Below are positions 9,352 through 19,316 of a stretch of 64,000 bases of DNA, piece by piece (the stretch's first letter is position 1; the number at the start of each line of letters is the position of its first letter). A program made the translations under genes and the position numbers. The notes below the pieces were generated by a model, which made no database searches, was not told the DNA's origin, and was given only the letters and a program-made list of their open reading frames with translations. Source of the DNA: Candidatus Nanoarchaeia archaeon (GTDB lineage Archaea; Nanobdellota; Nanobdellia; SCGC-AAA011-G17; JACPNG01); assembly GCA_030745695.1 (NCBI GenBank), contig JASLOB010000001.1, forward strand, positions 936 to 64,935, read 5' to 3'.

Positions 9352-11190
9352 ATGATGTGGAGTTTATATAACAAAGAAAAATTTCTAGAGCCTTTTGTAT
9401 TTTCTAATAATAAATCCCAATTAGATGTTGTACGAGAAACTATAGAAGCAATTAAAGAAGGGAATAAAATAATCTTTATTAAAGGGGTATGCGGAACAGG
9501 CAAAAGTGCAATTGCATTAAATTTAGCCAAAGAATTAGGTAAAACTTCTATTGTTGTTCCTGTTAAACCATTACAAAAACAATATGAAGAAGATTATACT
9601 GATAAACTTCATATCATAAAAAATAATAAAGAAAAATTAAATATTTCTATTATTGATGGAAGGGGTAATCATAATTGTGTGTTTGAGGGGGATTGTAATG
9701 CAGATAATAAATTTTTACCTTGTGATATTGAGATTAAAAAAGAAAATATGGATTTGATTAGAGGTTATATTAACCAAAATCCTTCAGTTAAACTAAAAGA
9801 TTTTGAGGATGTAGAGGATGTAAGAAGAAAATCAATAGCTCCTGCCTGTCCTTATTGGTCTCCAATTATATGTAAGGATTGGTTTGGAGGAAAGTATGAT
9901 TTGGAAGATTCTGAAGAGTTACACTATAAAGGGTTGAATGATAAAACTTTTACTTATTACAAAAGAAAAGAAGGTTGTGGATATTATGGGCAATTTATTA
10001 GTTATGTTAATTCTGATGTTATAATTTTTAATAGTAAAAAATATGAACTAGAAACTGTTATGGATAGAAAACCTTCAACTGAGGTAGAGATTATAGATGA
10101 ATGTGATGAATTTTTAGATAATTTATCTAATGAAAAAAATATAAATCTAGATAGGTTATCAAGAAATTTAACTAATATAACAACTGATGATCTAGAGTTG
10201 AAAGAATTAACAATAGAGATTAATGATTTAGTAGCTGAGATATTAAGAGATGATAATGTTTTAAATTCTATAAAAACTAAAGAAATATTATTAGTTAAAG
10301 ATACAAAAATTTTAGAGTTATTAAAATGGATATTAGACAATCCTAAATTAGTAGATCTGACAGAGGATGAAACCTCTAATTATATTCTTAATGTTTATCA
10401 GACTGGAAAGATGTTTGAAGATTTTTTTGATGAAACTTATTTAACATTCTATAAAGATGATTATAATAATCTAATTGCTAATTTAATAACAGTTAACTTA
10501 GATAAAAAATTAAAAGAATTTTTAGATAAAAATAAAGTATTTGTGATGATGAGTGGAACAGTTCATTCTGATTCTGTTTTAAAAGAGATATTTGGGGTTA
10601 GAGAGTTTAAAGTTGTTGAGGCTGAAATAAATCATAGGGGGGGAATAACTAATGTTAGAAGTGGGTTGGAAAAAATATTTGATTATAGATATTTAAATCA
10701 AGAAGGTTCAAGAGAAGAGTATTTAAGAGCATTATCTAAATCTGTTGAGATAGCTGAAAAACCTATATTAATCCATGTTAATGCTTTTTTAGACCTGCCA
10801 ACCGAAGAAGAATGTTACAAATATAATATTCCTAATCTTAAAACAAGAAAAGAATTACAAGATGAACAAGATAAATTTAAGAAAGGAGAATTAGTTCAAC
10901 AGTTTAAAAATAAAGACATTGATGTTTTGTATTCAACTAAATGTAATAGAGGGGTAGATTTCCCTGGAGATATTTGTAATAGTATAATCTTTACTAAATA
11001 TCCTAATCCTAACATAAGTTCTTTATTTTGGAGAGTTCTTAAGAAAAGTAATTCAAGACATTTTTGGACTTTATTTGGGGATAAAGCTAAAAGAGAATTT
11101 ATGCAAAGGATTTATAGAGGGTTGAGATCTGAAGAGGATCATATTAATTTGTTAAGTCCAGATTTAAGAGTTTTTAATTTTTCTAAGTAA
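9352..11190 (+). CDS. SF2 helicase, XPD/DinG-like with Cys cluster
   Basis: Q motif, GVCGTGKS, IIDECD, MSGT, RGVDFPG, QRIYRGLRS; several Cys after motif Ia. Confidence 0.88.
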   Translation: MMWSLYNKEKFLEPFVFSNNKSQLDVVRETIEAIKEGNKIIFIKGVCGTGKSAIALNLAKELGKTSIVVPVKPLQKQYEEDYTDKLHIIKNNKEKLNISIIDGRGNHNCVFEGDCNADNKFLPCDIEIKKENMDLIRGYINQNPSVKLKDFEDVEDVRRKSIAPACPYWSPIICKDWFGGKYDLEDSEELHYKGLNDKTFTYYKRKEGCGYYGQFISYVNSDVIIFNSKKYELETVMDRKPSTEVEIIDECDEFLDNLSNEKNINLDRLSRNLTNITTDDLELKELTIEINDLVAEILRDDNVLNSIKTKEILLVKDTKILELLKWILDNPKLVDLTEDETSNYILNVYQTGKMFEDFFDETYLTFYKDDYNNLIANLITVNLDKKLKEFLDKNKVFVMMSGTVHSDSVLKEIFGVREFKVVEAEINHRGGITNVRSGLEKIFDYRYLNQEGSREEYLRALSKSVEIAEKPILIHVNAFLDLPTEEECYKYNIPNLKTRKELQDEQDKFKKGELVQQFKNKDIDVLYSTKCNRGVDFPGDICNSIIFTKYPNPNISSLFWRVLKKSNSRHFWTLFGDKAKREFMQRIYRGLRSEEDHINLLSPDLRVFNFSK

Positions 11191-11256
11191 ATCAACAGTA
11201 AGTATTATATATTTTATTGATATTTCTATTATTATTATTGAATAAGGAGGTAGAAA

Positions 11257-11448
11257 ATGATATCTGTGAAAAGCTTTACAACCTTAGATTCTGCACTTTG
11301 GGAAACATCTATATTTACAATTACTTTGTTTCTTGTATCTGTTTGGTCAGGTTTTGCAAATTGGGTGATTAATACAAATTGGATGTGGTTCTTAGTTATA
11401 GGGATTCTTTTAGGAATCAAACCTCTAATTAAAGTGTTTAAGAATTAA
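11257..11448 (+). CDS. small 2-TM membrane protein
   Basis: GGAGGT Shine-Dalgarno; two hydrophobic helices. Confidence 0.65.
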   Translation: MISVKSFTTLDSALWETSIFTITLFLVSVWSGFANWVINTNWMWFLVIGILLGIKPLIKVFKN

Positions 11449-11474
11449 TTAATTTTAGAAAGTTGAAGAATATT

Positions 11475-11945
11475 TTAAGAAGAATCAGTACTACGATGAG
11501 GAAATAAAGCTTCCTTTTCTTTCCATTCTTTATTTATTTCTTCACTTGTCTTTATTCTTTCAATAAATTCAATGTAGATTTCCATTCCTTCCATCTCTCT
11601 TAATCTTTCAATTATTTGTTCTTTTCCTACTGAGAATTTTGTAAATCTAGTATAATCTTCAAGATGTCTATTAAAACCATAAGAACAAGGATTAAATAGA
11701 GGGATAGTTGTACTACCAATACCTCCAAAACTTGTTGGTTTCTCTAAATAAAAAGCATCTTTTTTAGTATGGTCACGATAACTAGCCCATTTAGTTAAAT
11801 AAGGAGGTTTGTCTTTACTTTCCATAAGAATTAAATCTCCAAGTTGTGCAGCCCTAGTTTGTACAAGTGGTTCAGTCATAGGACATACAAATTCTGGATA
11901 ATGTCTATCCCTATCTGGATTTAATCTCGTTTTATCAATTACCAT
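11475..11945 (-). CDS. hypothetical protein
   Basis: 156-aa ORF with its own BRE/TATA-like promoter. Confidence 0.6.
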   Translation of the reverse strand: MVIDKTRLNPDRDRHYPEFVCPMTEPLVQTRAAQLGDLILMESKDKPPYLTKWASYRDHTKKDAFYLEKPTSFGGIGSTTIPLFNPCSYGFNRHLEDYTRFTKFSVGKEQIIERLREMEGMEIYIEFIERIKTSEEINKEWKEKEALFPHRSTDSS

Positions 11946-12110
11946 ATTAATATAAGTATTCCACTATTTATAAAACTTACTATTTGTTATTACTCAATAG
12001 CAATTAATTATCCTCAGTCTAAACATTATGGAGATTAAAACGAAAATATATTAAATGTTCTAGTTGTTATAAAATGAAATTTCAAAAAATAAAAAGAATA
12101 ACAAATAAAA

Positions 12111-12758
12111 ATGAAAATGTTAGAAAAAACCCCAATTAATGCTTCCTGGCTTGGATCTCATGAATATTGTGAGTGGAAGTGGTATCTAGAAAATGTACTA
12201 AAAGAGAAAGTTCCAATAACACAATCAATGATTGTTGGAAAAAATATTCATCAAGAAAAAGAAGATAAATTTAAAGAAGTTGCTGTTCCAACTACACCTG
12301 AAGAATTTCTAAAATCTAAAGTTTATACAATAACTAAAGAGATGTATCTAAAAGAAGAATTTGATGATTTTATTTTAAAAGGAAAGATAGATGAATTAGG
12401 GGTTGATACAAATAATTTATATGTTATTGATGATAAACCAAGAGCAAAACCCTATCTAGGAGTTAAAAGACAGATATGGGCTTATTGTATTTTAATAAAA
12501 GAATTTGTAAATAAAAATTATCCTGAACATTCTAATAAAAAAGTTTTAGCAATTTTAAGAGATAGAGATTCTAATGTAGAAATATGGAAGGAAGAGTTTA
12601 ATGAAGAAAATCTTAATGAAGTTTTTAGTGTAATCAATAGAATGTTGTTATTATTTAAAAAAGAGATTAATCCTGAACATAATAATTATTCATATAAATG
12701 TAAGGCTTGTGTTTTACATAAAAAGAATCAATTGTTATCTCATTTGATAAAGGCATAG
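12111..12758 (+). CDS. solo Cas4-like PD-(D/E)xK nuclease, C-terminus probably truncated
   Basis: YCEW, G..IH, GKIDEL, IDDK, Q..AY, CKAC; the fourth Fe-S Cys is absent. Confidence 0.85.
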   Translation: MKMLEKTPINASWLGSHEYCEWKWYLENVLKEKVPITQSMIVGKNIHQEKEDKFKEVAVPTTPEEFLKSKVYTITKEMYLKEEFDDFILKGKIDELGVDTNNLYVIDDKPRAKPYLGVKRQIWAYCILIKEFVNKNYPEHSNKKVLAILRDRDSNVEIWKEEFNEENLNEVFSVINRMLLLFKKEINPEHNNYSYKCKACVLHKKNQLLSHLIKA

Positions 12759-13309
12759 GTTCTGGATCTGGAAGGAGTATCTCAGAATTTCACATCTTAA
12801 AATCTTTAGATTATTGCAAAGATTTGCTAATTAACTATGGTGGGCATAAACAAGCAATAGGGATGAAAATTAGTATTAAAAGAATAGGTAAGTTTAGGAA
12901 TAAAATAAATGATTATGCAAAGGATAAACTAAAACCATCAGATCTAATTCCTAAGATAAAAGTTGATGCTCTTCTTTCTTTTGAGGATATAAATTTAAAT
13001 TTAGTTAAAGAAATTGATTCATTAAGCCCTTTTGGTGTGGGGAATCCTTCACCAAAGATATGTTCTCTCAATCTAAAGTTAGAAGATGATCCATTTATTC
13101 TAAAAGAGAGGCATATAAAACTTAGATTAGGAAATAATCTAAAAGTTTTAGAATGTATTGGATTTGAGATGATTAGTTTTTTTGATGAAATAATGAAGAA
13201 CATAGATAAGATTAATATAGTTTATTCTCCAGAAATAAATGTATGGAATGGGGTAGAACAAATAATATTAAATTTAAAAGATATTAAAGGTGGAAAGATT
13301 GAAATTTAG
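12728..13309 (+). pseudogene. recJ: C-terminal fragment (DHHA1+OB) of a bacterial-type RecJ
   Basis: The frame extends upstream of the called ORF: SIVIS...GSGSGRS...YGGHKQAIG...LSPFGVGNP.P...HIKL...IGF...INVWNG. No DHH domain. Confidence 0.85.
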
Positions 13310-13402
13310 ATAATCCATTATTACTTTTAAGTGAATTCTACTAAAAAATATAAGTCTATAAATACTTTAAAGACTTCTTACTAAAAAAAGGAGGTTTCTA
13401 AG

Positions 13403-13747
13403 ATGCATGAAGTACAAAGAATAGCATTACAAAATATGTTAGAAAATTTAAAAGAAGGAAAAGAGATACATACAGAAACTATGATCTTCGTTTTAGAAGC
13501 TGCTCTACAAGAGGAGTTTGAATACGAGGATGTTAAATATAAAGAGTTTGAGATGGAAGATGTATTCAATAGGGTATTAAGAGGAAAAAATTCACTATCT
13601 GAAGAAAAAATACATCTAAAGTCTATAAGAAAAGCTGAAAATCATATTAATGTATTAAGAGAAGGGTTAGATGATTTATACAAACAAATTAATTCATTAA
13701 ATGTTGATTTAGATAGGAAAGAAAGAGTAAAAAGAGCTCTTTCTTAG
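13403..13747 (+). CDS. hypothetical protein
   Basis: GGAGGT SD; 114 aa with coiled-coil-like C-terminus. Confidence 0.65.
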   Translation: MHEVQRIALQNMLENLKEGKEIHTETMIFVLEAALQEEFEYEDVKYKEFEMEDVFNRVLRGKNSLSEEKIHLKSIRKAENHINVLREGLDDLYKQINSLNVDLDRKERVKRALS

Positions 13748-13772
13748 TTAGAATTAGAAGATCAATGTTAAT

Positions 13773-14087
13773 ATGGAAAAATGGAAAAAGATTCATTGTG
13801 ATCTTTGTAAAAAGATAGCTGGAAAGATACGTCCTGTATGTGAAGGTATCAATGAAATTAGTAAATCTCAAGCTAATATACAATATTTTCATTCTAAAAA
13901 GAAGATATATAAAATTCTCTACTTTTGTAGTGTTTTTTGTGCTTTAAAAAAATATTTTGAAATAAATAAAAAAAAATGGGATGAAATCCTACTTGGTTTC
14001 CATCTTCCAGATAAATCTAAATTTTATTATACTTTAGAACATAAAAACAATAGAGATATAATAAAAAGAGAAAGTATGATTATTTAA
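13773..14087 (+). CDS. hypothetical Cys-containing protein
   Basis: CDLC...C...FCSVFC (TRASH/zinc-finger-like). Confidence 0.5.
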   Translation: MEKWKKIHCDLCKKIAGKIRPVCEGINEISKSQANIQYFHSKKKIYKILYFCSVFCALKKYFEINKKKWDEILLGFHLPDKSKFYYTLEHKNNRDIIKRESMII

Positions 14088-14211
14088 TATTAAATATTCT
14101 GGATCTTTTAACAATCCCTTTTCTATACAAAAACATTGCGATCATAATACCTAACCCAATACCTGTTATCAGACCGCCAATTGTAAACCAAATGTATTCA
14201 TTCATTTTTCA

Positions 14212-14558
14212 TCAAGATATCATCAATAAACAGATAGCATCTGCTTTTACTGCTGCTGGAGGTACTTTTGTAGCAAGTAGTGTTATCGCTCCAACTGCCA
14301 AACATCCTACATCTGCAAGTTCTCTTGGACCAAGTCCTGATTTAGGGATAGCATATTCTATACTACAATCTACCCCACTCCCCTTACAGAATTCTTTAAA
14401 TGCATTCTCTTGAGGAGGTCTTTTAGCACCAGGACTGGTCTTAGCATCAATGATTTTTAATTTAGTTATCTCCCCATTTTTTTGAAAAACTTCTAAAAAA
14501 TCAGGTTCTTTTTTGAAAGTTCGTTCAAAATTTACCCTTATAAAATCCCTAGTACTCT
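14212..14558 (-). pseudogene. C-terminal fragment of a PD-(D/E)xK nuclease-like protein, fused in frame to the purM N-half
   Basis: EPDFL...IIDAKTS...Q follows the purM DDAVVRGG motif abruptly. Confidence 0.5.
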
Positions 14559-14877
14559 TTCCACCCCTCACAACTGCATCATCACAAACCATAGCAAATA
14601 AATCATGAGCAACAGTTTTATGTTTAGCCATTCTTTCGGCTATTTCTATTTTAGTGCCAACCCCATCAAATCCTAAATTCATATAAGTATCATCTGGTAG
14701 CCCTCAAACATTCACTGCTCTAAGGCCTGAAAAATCAGAAAAGATTTCAACAACTTCCCCAAGATTTCCTTTTCTATTTTTCCAAGTAAGTTTAGCTGCT
14801 TCATAAAGAACTTTTGATGCATCATCACCAAGTTTGATATTTACTCCAGAATTTTCATAATTTGATCTTTCTTGCAT
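14559..14877 (-). pseudogene. purM: purM N-terminal half with in-frame TGA at 14704-14706
   Basis: MQERSNYENSGVNIKLGDDAS...DFSGLRAVNV*GLPDD...GFDGVGTKIEIAE...AHDLFAMVCDDAVVRGG. Confidence 0.9.
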
Positions 14878-14928
14878 TTGTTAAATTTCTTTTTTTATTC
14901 TACTATTTCTTTTTACTCTTGCTCTTGT

Positions 14929-15219
14929 TCAATTTTCTATTTCAGAAAGACGTTCTTCTATAGTCTCTTTAATGCTTAATAAGATCTCCCTATCAGCCCC
15001 ATCAATTATAATTGAATCACTACACGTTTCTATCTCAACTCTACTTCCACGAGCAATAGATATCCCTTGAGTACAAAATGCTTTATGTGCACTAACACTT
15101 GTTTGTGCTATAACATAACCTTCATTTTCATTATTTCCTTCAGATCCATTATAATCATAATTGCGATCTGACTCACCTTTCCTAAGAATTCTATAAACTG
15201 GGAAATTAATCTCTAACAT
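14929..15219 (-). CDS. hypothetical protein
   Basis: 96-aa ORF with upstream TATA-like element. Confidence 0.5.
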   Translation of the reverse strand: MLEINFPVYRILRKGESDRNYDYNGSEGNNENEGYVIAQTSVSAHKAFCTQGISIARGSRVEIETCSDSIIIDGADREILLSIKETIEERLSEIEN

Positions 15220-15283
15220 TTTTCTTTATTACTATAAATTTTAGAAGAAGTGACAAACTTATAAAACTTTCTAAATTATTTAA

Positions 15284-16057
15284 TTATCCTGTAAATAATC
15301 TTCCAGTTACTAATTTTTTAAAGAAATTTTTAACTTTAGATAAAAAATTTGTTTTTTCTTGGATTACTTCTTTAGTTTGATCTTTAACTTCTTCTTTAAT
15401 CTCTTCTTTTATTTGTTGAGGTTCTTCTTTAATTTCTTCTACTACTTCAACTTCTTCTACTACTTCAATCTCTTCTTGAACTCCACAACCAGAAATATCT
15501 TCATTAAAACATGTTCCATCTTCACAATAATCTTTTGTGCATTCTTCATTATCTTCACATTGAGAGGTTTTAATACAAAAAAATTGATGATAGCATTTTT
15601 TCTTTTTACAAGTATCTTCTGTAATAGAATCTTTATCATCACAATCTACATCCTCTTTACATTCTGGAATTATAATCAATTTACATTGTTCATTACTACA
15701 TTCATATCCTGATTTACATCCACAATCTGAACAACAATTATTTTTTTCTACATCATCACATTTATCATCTCCACATATATAGATTGAAGAAGCAGATATA
15801 TCTGCATAATTAATTTCATCGTCACCAGCATAAAAAATTTCTAAAACTTCTATCTCTAATCCATTAACAATTTTAGTTTCAAATTCATTTAAAATAGCAC
15901 CTTGGCCATCGACATCTATTTTTATTGAGTTAGGACTAACACCATTTAAAGTTAGATTACTATTACTAACAACCATATTTTCATTTGTCTTTAATTTATC
16001 AGCTAAGGATATATTAGCAAGGATTAATATCATTAATATAAGAATTATCCACCTCAT
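15284..16057 (-). CDS. secreted Cys-rich surface protein
   Basis: Signal peptide; CGD..C...CC.DCGC, DCDDKDSITEDTC and CEDNEECTKDYC repeats; Glu-rich tail. Confidence 0.8.
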   Translation of the reverse strand: MRWIILILMILILANISLADKLKTNENMVVSNSNLTLNGVSPNSIKIDVDGQGAILNEFETKIVNGLEIEVLEIFYAGDDEINYADISASSIYICGDDKCDDVEKNNCCSDCGCKSGYECSNEQCKLIIIPECKEDVDCDDKDSITEDTCKKKKCYHQFFCIKTSQCEDNEECTKDYCEDGTCFNEDISGCGVQEEIEVVEEVEVVEEIKEEPQQIKEEIKEEVKDQTKEVIQEKTNFLSKVKNFFKKLVTGRLFTG

Positions 16058-16133
16058 TTTATTATGAATATTAACTTATTTTTAATGTTTTCTAAAACAA
16101 AAGATTTTTATACTAATCTAATCACAAACTAAA

Positions 16134-16304
16134 ATGGCAGATGAAAAAATACAAATGCCTTCTTCAGGAGGAGGATTAGTAAGATATTTTGAAGATTATA
16201 AAAGTAAATTACAATTTAAACCTCATTATGTTATTGCTTTCATACTAATAGTTGTAATAATAGAATTGATTCTTTTTAGGGTTGGTTCCAGATTTTTAAG
16301 TTAA
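16134..16304 (+). CDS. secG: preprotein translocase Sec61-beta (not in ORF track)
   Basis: MADEKIQMPSSGGGLVRYFEDYKSKLQFKP followed by a TM helix. Confidence 0.9.
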   Translation: MADEKIQMPSSGGGLVRYFEDYKSKLQFKPHYVIAFILIVVIIELILFRVGSRFLS

Positions 16305-16305
16305 A

Positions 16306-16632
16306 ATGTTTCCAAACGTAAATCCAAAACAATTAGAAAAAGCTATGAAAAAGCTTGGAGTAAAACAAGAAGATATAGAAGCTTCTGAAGTTTTAATAAA
16401 AACAAAAGATAAAGATTTAGTAATAAGAAACCCAAATGTAGTTAAAGTAAACATGATGGGTCAAGAAACATTTCAAATTACTGGAGATATAGAAGAACAA
16501 GAAAAAGAATTGTTCAATGAAGAAGATGTTAAAACTGTAATGGAACAAACTAACTGTTCTAAAGAAGAAGCAATTGAAGCTTTAGAAAAAGAAAAAGATT
16601 TGGCTGCAGCAATCTTATCTTTAAATCAATAA
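16306..16632 (+). CDS. nac: nascent polypeptide-associated complex protein
   Basis: NPKQLEKAMKKLG, MMGQETFQITG, C-terminal UBA (DLAAAI). Confidence 0.95.
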   Translation: MFPNVNPKQLEKAMKKLGVKQEDIEASEVLIKTKDKDLVIRNPNVVKVNMMGQETFQITGDIEEQEKELFNEEDVKTVMEQTNCSKEEAIEALEKEKDLAAAILSLNQ

Positions 16633-16662
16633 TATTTATATATTTTCCAACTATGAATATAT

Positions 16663-17154
16663 ATGGAAGTTTTAAGGAGTTTAATAAAAGAAGCAAATAT
16701 GTTATTTAACACAGCAGATCATTTAACTTACATAACTTATCCTACAGTAAGAGAAAATAAATTAATGATAACAATAATTGAAAATTTATACAATTCATTA
16801 TCAAAAGGAATGGACGCAATTTTATATTATGACAGAATGTATAAAAGAATTTCTCCTTTCTCTGATAACTTTAATGTGAAACTAGAAGTTTTTAAAACAA
16901 AATGTGCTCCAAGGTATAATATAGATAGAGAATTTGTTTTATTAATCAATGATTTAAAACAGATTGTAGATCATAGAAAAACATCTCCAATTGAATTTAG
17001 TAGAAATGATAGATATATTATATGTAGTGAAGATTATAGGATGAAATCATTAACAATAGAAAAACTAAAAGAATATCTAGCCAAATCAAAAACATTTATA
17101 GGGAAGTTAAACAATATTTTTAGAGAACATGATAGAAGAATCAGACAGTATTGA
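16663..17154 (+). CDS. HEPN-like helical protein (paralog 1)
   Basis: ADHLTYITY motif shared with the next gene. Confidence 0.6.
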   Translation: MEVLRSLIKEANMLFNTADHLTYITYPTVRENKLMITIIENLYNSLSKGMDAILYYDRMYKRISPFSDNFNVKLEVFKTKCAPRYNIDREFVLLINDLKQIVDHRKTSPIEFSRNDRYIICSEDYRMKSLTIEKLKEYLAKSKTFIGKLNNIFREHDRRIRQY

Positions 17155-17575
17155 AGATGCTCAATCTCAACTAAAGAGAGCAGACCATTTGTTATATGTA
17201 ACATTAAAGTATACAAGAACGGTTGATGTAATTAAGAGTATAATAAAAAGATTCATATCTGCGTTTGATCATTCTGTTGAAGAAATGCTAGAAAAGTCTA
17301 AAGATAAGAAAAGAATTAAAACTATTCCTAAATCCCCTATTGAAAAAATTGAATTAATTAAAAAAATAGTTAAAACTAAAGAAATGAGAGATTATATAAA
17401 GTTCTATTATTTACTTAGAACAATAGATAAAGCTACATTTAAACCAAGAGAAGAGTATAGAAAGCATGTAACATTAGTAACGCCAAAACATGAAGTAGAT
17501 GTAGAAAAGATAAAAGAATTCTATGAAAAAACAAAAGAATTTGTAGGATTCTCACATGAATTCAAAGGAAGATGA
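17129..17575 (+). CDS. HEPN-like helical protein (paralog 2)
   Basis: ADHLLYVTL motif; ATGA overlap with minD. Confidence 0.6.
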   Translation: MIEESDSIEDAQSQLKRADHLLYVTLKYTRTVDVIKSIIKRFISAFDHSVEEMLEKSKDKKRIKTIPKSPIEKIELIKKIVKTKEMRDYIKFYYLLRTIDKATFKPREEYRKHVTLVTPKHEVDVEKIKEFYEKTKEFVGFSHEFKGR

Positions 17576-18345
17576 CAAGATACATTACATGTATATCTGG
17601 AAAAGGAGGAGTGGGTAAAAGTACTACTTCTATCAACTTAGGGGCAGCATTTACTTATTTTGGTAAGGATACCACAGTTGTTGATGCAAATTTGACCACA
17701 CCCAATGTAGGTGTTCATCTAGGAGTTCCAATTGTTCCAATTAATTTAAATCATGCTTTACAAGGAAAGAATCATATAAGTGAAGCAGTTTATTTACATC
17801 CTGTTGGAACAAAAATTGTTCCTGCTGGAATCTCAATTAATGAGATGAAAAATACAAATCCTGGAAATTTAAGAAGGGTTCTAAGAGGATTGTTGGGCAC
17901 AACTGATTTAGTTTTGATAGATTCTGCAGCAGGGTTAGGAAGAGAAGCGTTACTAGCAATTGAATCTGGAGATGAGATATTAATTGTTACAAATCCAGAA
18001 CTTCCTGCAATAACAGATGCACTAAAAACAATTAAAGTAGCAGAAGAATTAGGAAAAAAAGTAACTGGAGTAGTGTTAACTAGAACTAAAGAAGAAAGAG
18101 GAGATTTATCTGTAAAAAATATAGAAATTATGCTTGATAAAAAAGTTGTTGGTGAAATTCCAGAAGATGAATCTATAAGGGAAGCATTAATAATGAAAGA
18201 TGTTGTAGTTTATACTCACCCTAAAAGTAATGCTGCAGTAAGTTATAAAAAATTAGCAGCTGCATTATTAAATAGAGAGTATGAAGAAGAAATTGAAGAA
18301 GGAACATTTAAAAAATTATTAAGAAAGTTAAAATTGGTTAGATAA
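17572..18345 (+). CDS. minD: MinD-family ATPase
   Basis: SGKGGVGKS deviant Walker A, DSAAGLG, C-terminal amphipathic helix (FKKLLRKLKL). Confidence 0.93.
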   Translation: MTRYITCISGKGGVGKSTTSINLGAAFTYFGKDTTVVDANLTTPNVGVHLGVPIVPINLNHALQGKNHISEAVYLHPVGTKIVPAGISINEMKNTNPGNLRRVLRGLLGTTDLVLIDSAAGLGREALLAIESGDEILIVTNPELPAITDALKTIKVAEELGKKVTGVVLTRTKEERGDLSVKNIEIMLDKKVVGEIPEDESIREALIMKDVVVYTHPKSNAAVSYKKLAAALLNREYEEEIEEGTFKKLLRKLKLVR

Positions 18346-18376
18346 GTTTTATAAATCTTTATTCTAAAAAATTAAA

Positions 18377-19303
18377 ATGGTATGTAAAAATTGTAGTCTC
18401 AAACCAGTAATTGAACTAACAAATAATAATGTAAAATTATGTAAATCATGTTTTGTTAAATACTTTGAAAAAAAAGCATTTAGAACAATATCAAAATATA
18501 ATTTAATAGATAGTAAAGATGTAATAGGTGTTGCAGTTTCTGGAGGAAAAGATTCTTTTGCTGTATTAAATATTATCAGTTTATTAGCTAATAAAAAAAG
18601 AGATATTAAAGTTAAAGTGATAGCAATAGATGAAGGAATACAAAATTATAGAGATTTAAATTTATTAAAAAAATATTGTAAAGAAAATGATTTAGATTTG
18701 AATATTTATTCTTTTAAAAAAGAATTTGGAATGTCTTTAGATATCATCAAAGATAAAATCCATTTAAAACCATGTAGTGCTTGTGGTGTATTGAGAAGAC
18801 TTTTATTAAACTCAAAAGCTAGAGAATTAAAAGTTGATAAATTAGCTACAGGTCATAATTTAGATGATGAAGCACAAAATGTTTTAATGAATTTATTTAG
18901 AGGAAATTTAGAAAGATCAGCTCGTCTTGGTCCAACAACTGGAGTTAGAAAAGATAAAAAATTCATCCCAAGAATAAAACCATTATACTTTTTAATGGAA
19001 AAAGAAGTTGCGACTTATTCATTTATAAAAAAATTCCCAGTAGATTTTAATGAATGCCCTAATTCTAAAAAATCTTATAGATCTGAAGTAAGAATGTTAT
19101 TAAATAACTTCGAACAGAAGCAAAATGGAACTAAAAATGCTATAATCAACTCATTTATAGAAGAACTCCCATTATTAAAGAAAAAATTTGAAAATGCTGA
19201 AATAAGATCATGTAAAAATTGTGGGGAACCATGTTCTAGCGATATATGTAAAGCATGTGAACTAATTGAAACAATCAAAACAAAACCTTTAAAAAAAATA
19301 TAA
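18377..19303 (+). CDS. tRNA 2-thiolation protein, TtuA/Ncs6 family
   Basis: CxxC pairs at both ends, SGGKDS PP-loop, PCSACG, GHNLDD, RIKPL. Confidence 0.92.
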   Translation: MVCKNCSLKPVIELTNNNVKLCKSCFVKYFEKKAFRTISKYNLIDSKDVIGVAVSGGKDSFAVLNIISLLANKKRDIKVKVIAIDEGIQNYRDLNLLKKYCKENDLDLNIYSFKKEFGMSLDIIKDKIHLKPCSACGVLRRLLLNSKARELKVDKLATGHNLDDEAQNVLMNLFRGNLERSARLGPTTGVRKDKKFIPRIKPLYFLMEKEVATYSFIKKFPVDFNECPNSKKSYRSEVRMLLNNFEQKQNGTKNAIINSFIEELPLLKKKFENAEIRSCKNCGEPCSSDICKACELIETIKTKPLKKI

Positions 19304-19316
19304 ACTTAGCATTATT

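Noticed and set aside
11946..13402. CRISPR-Cas locus around cas4
   Set aside because: No repeat-spacer array and no other cas genes in the window.
14704..14706. UGA-to-Gly recoding (in-frame TGA where Gly would fit in purM)
   Set aside because: TGA terminates core genes here (thermosome, rpoA1, rps12), and the other purM half has a premature TAA. A nonsense mutation is the simpler explanation.
6934..14877. Intact provirus, transposon or DGR
   Set aside because: No integrase, transposase, capsid, reverse transcriptase, terminal repeats or TR/VR pair found.
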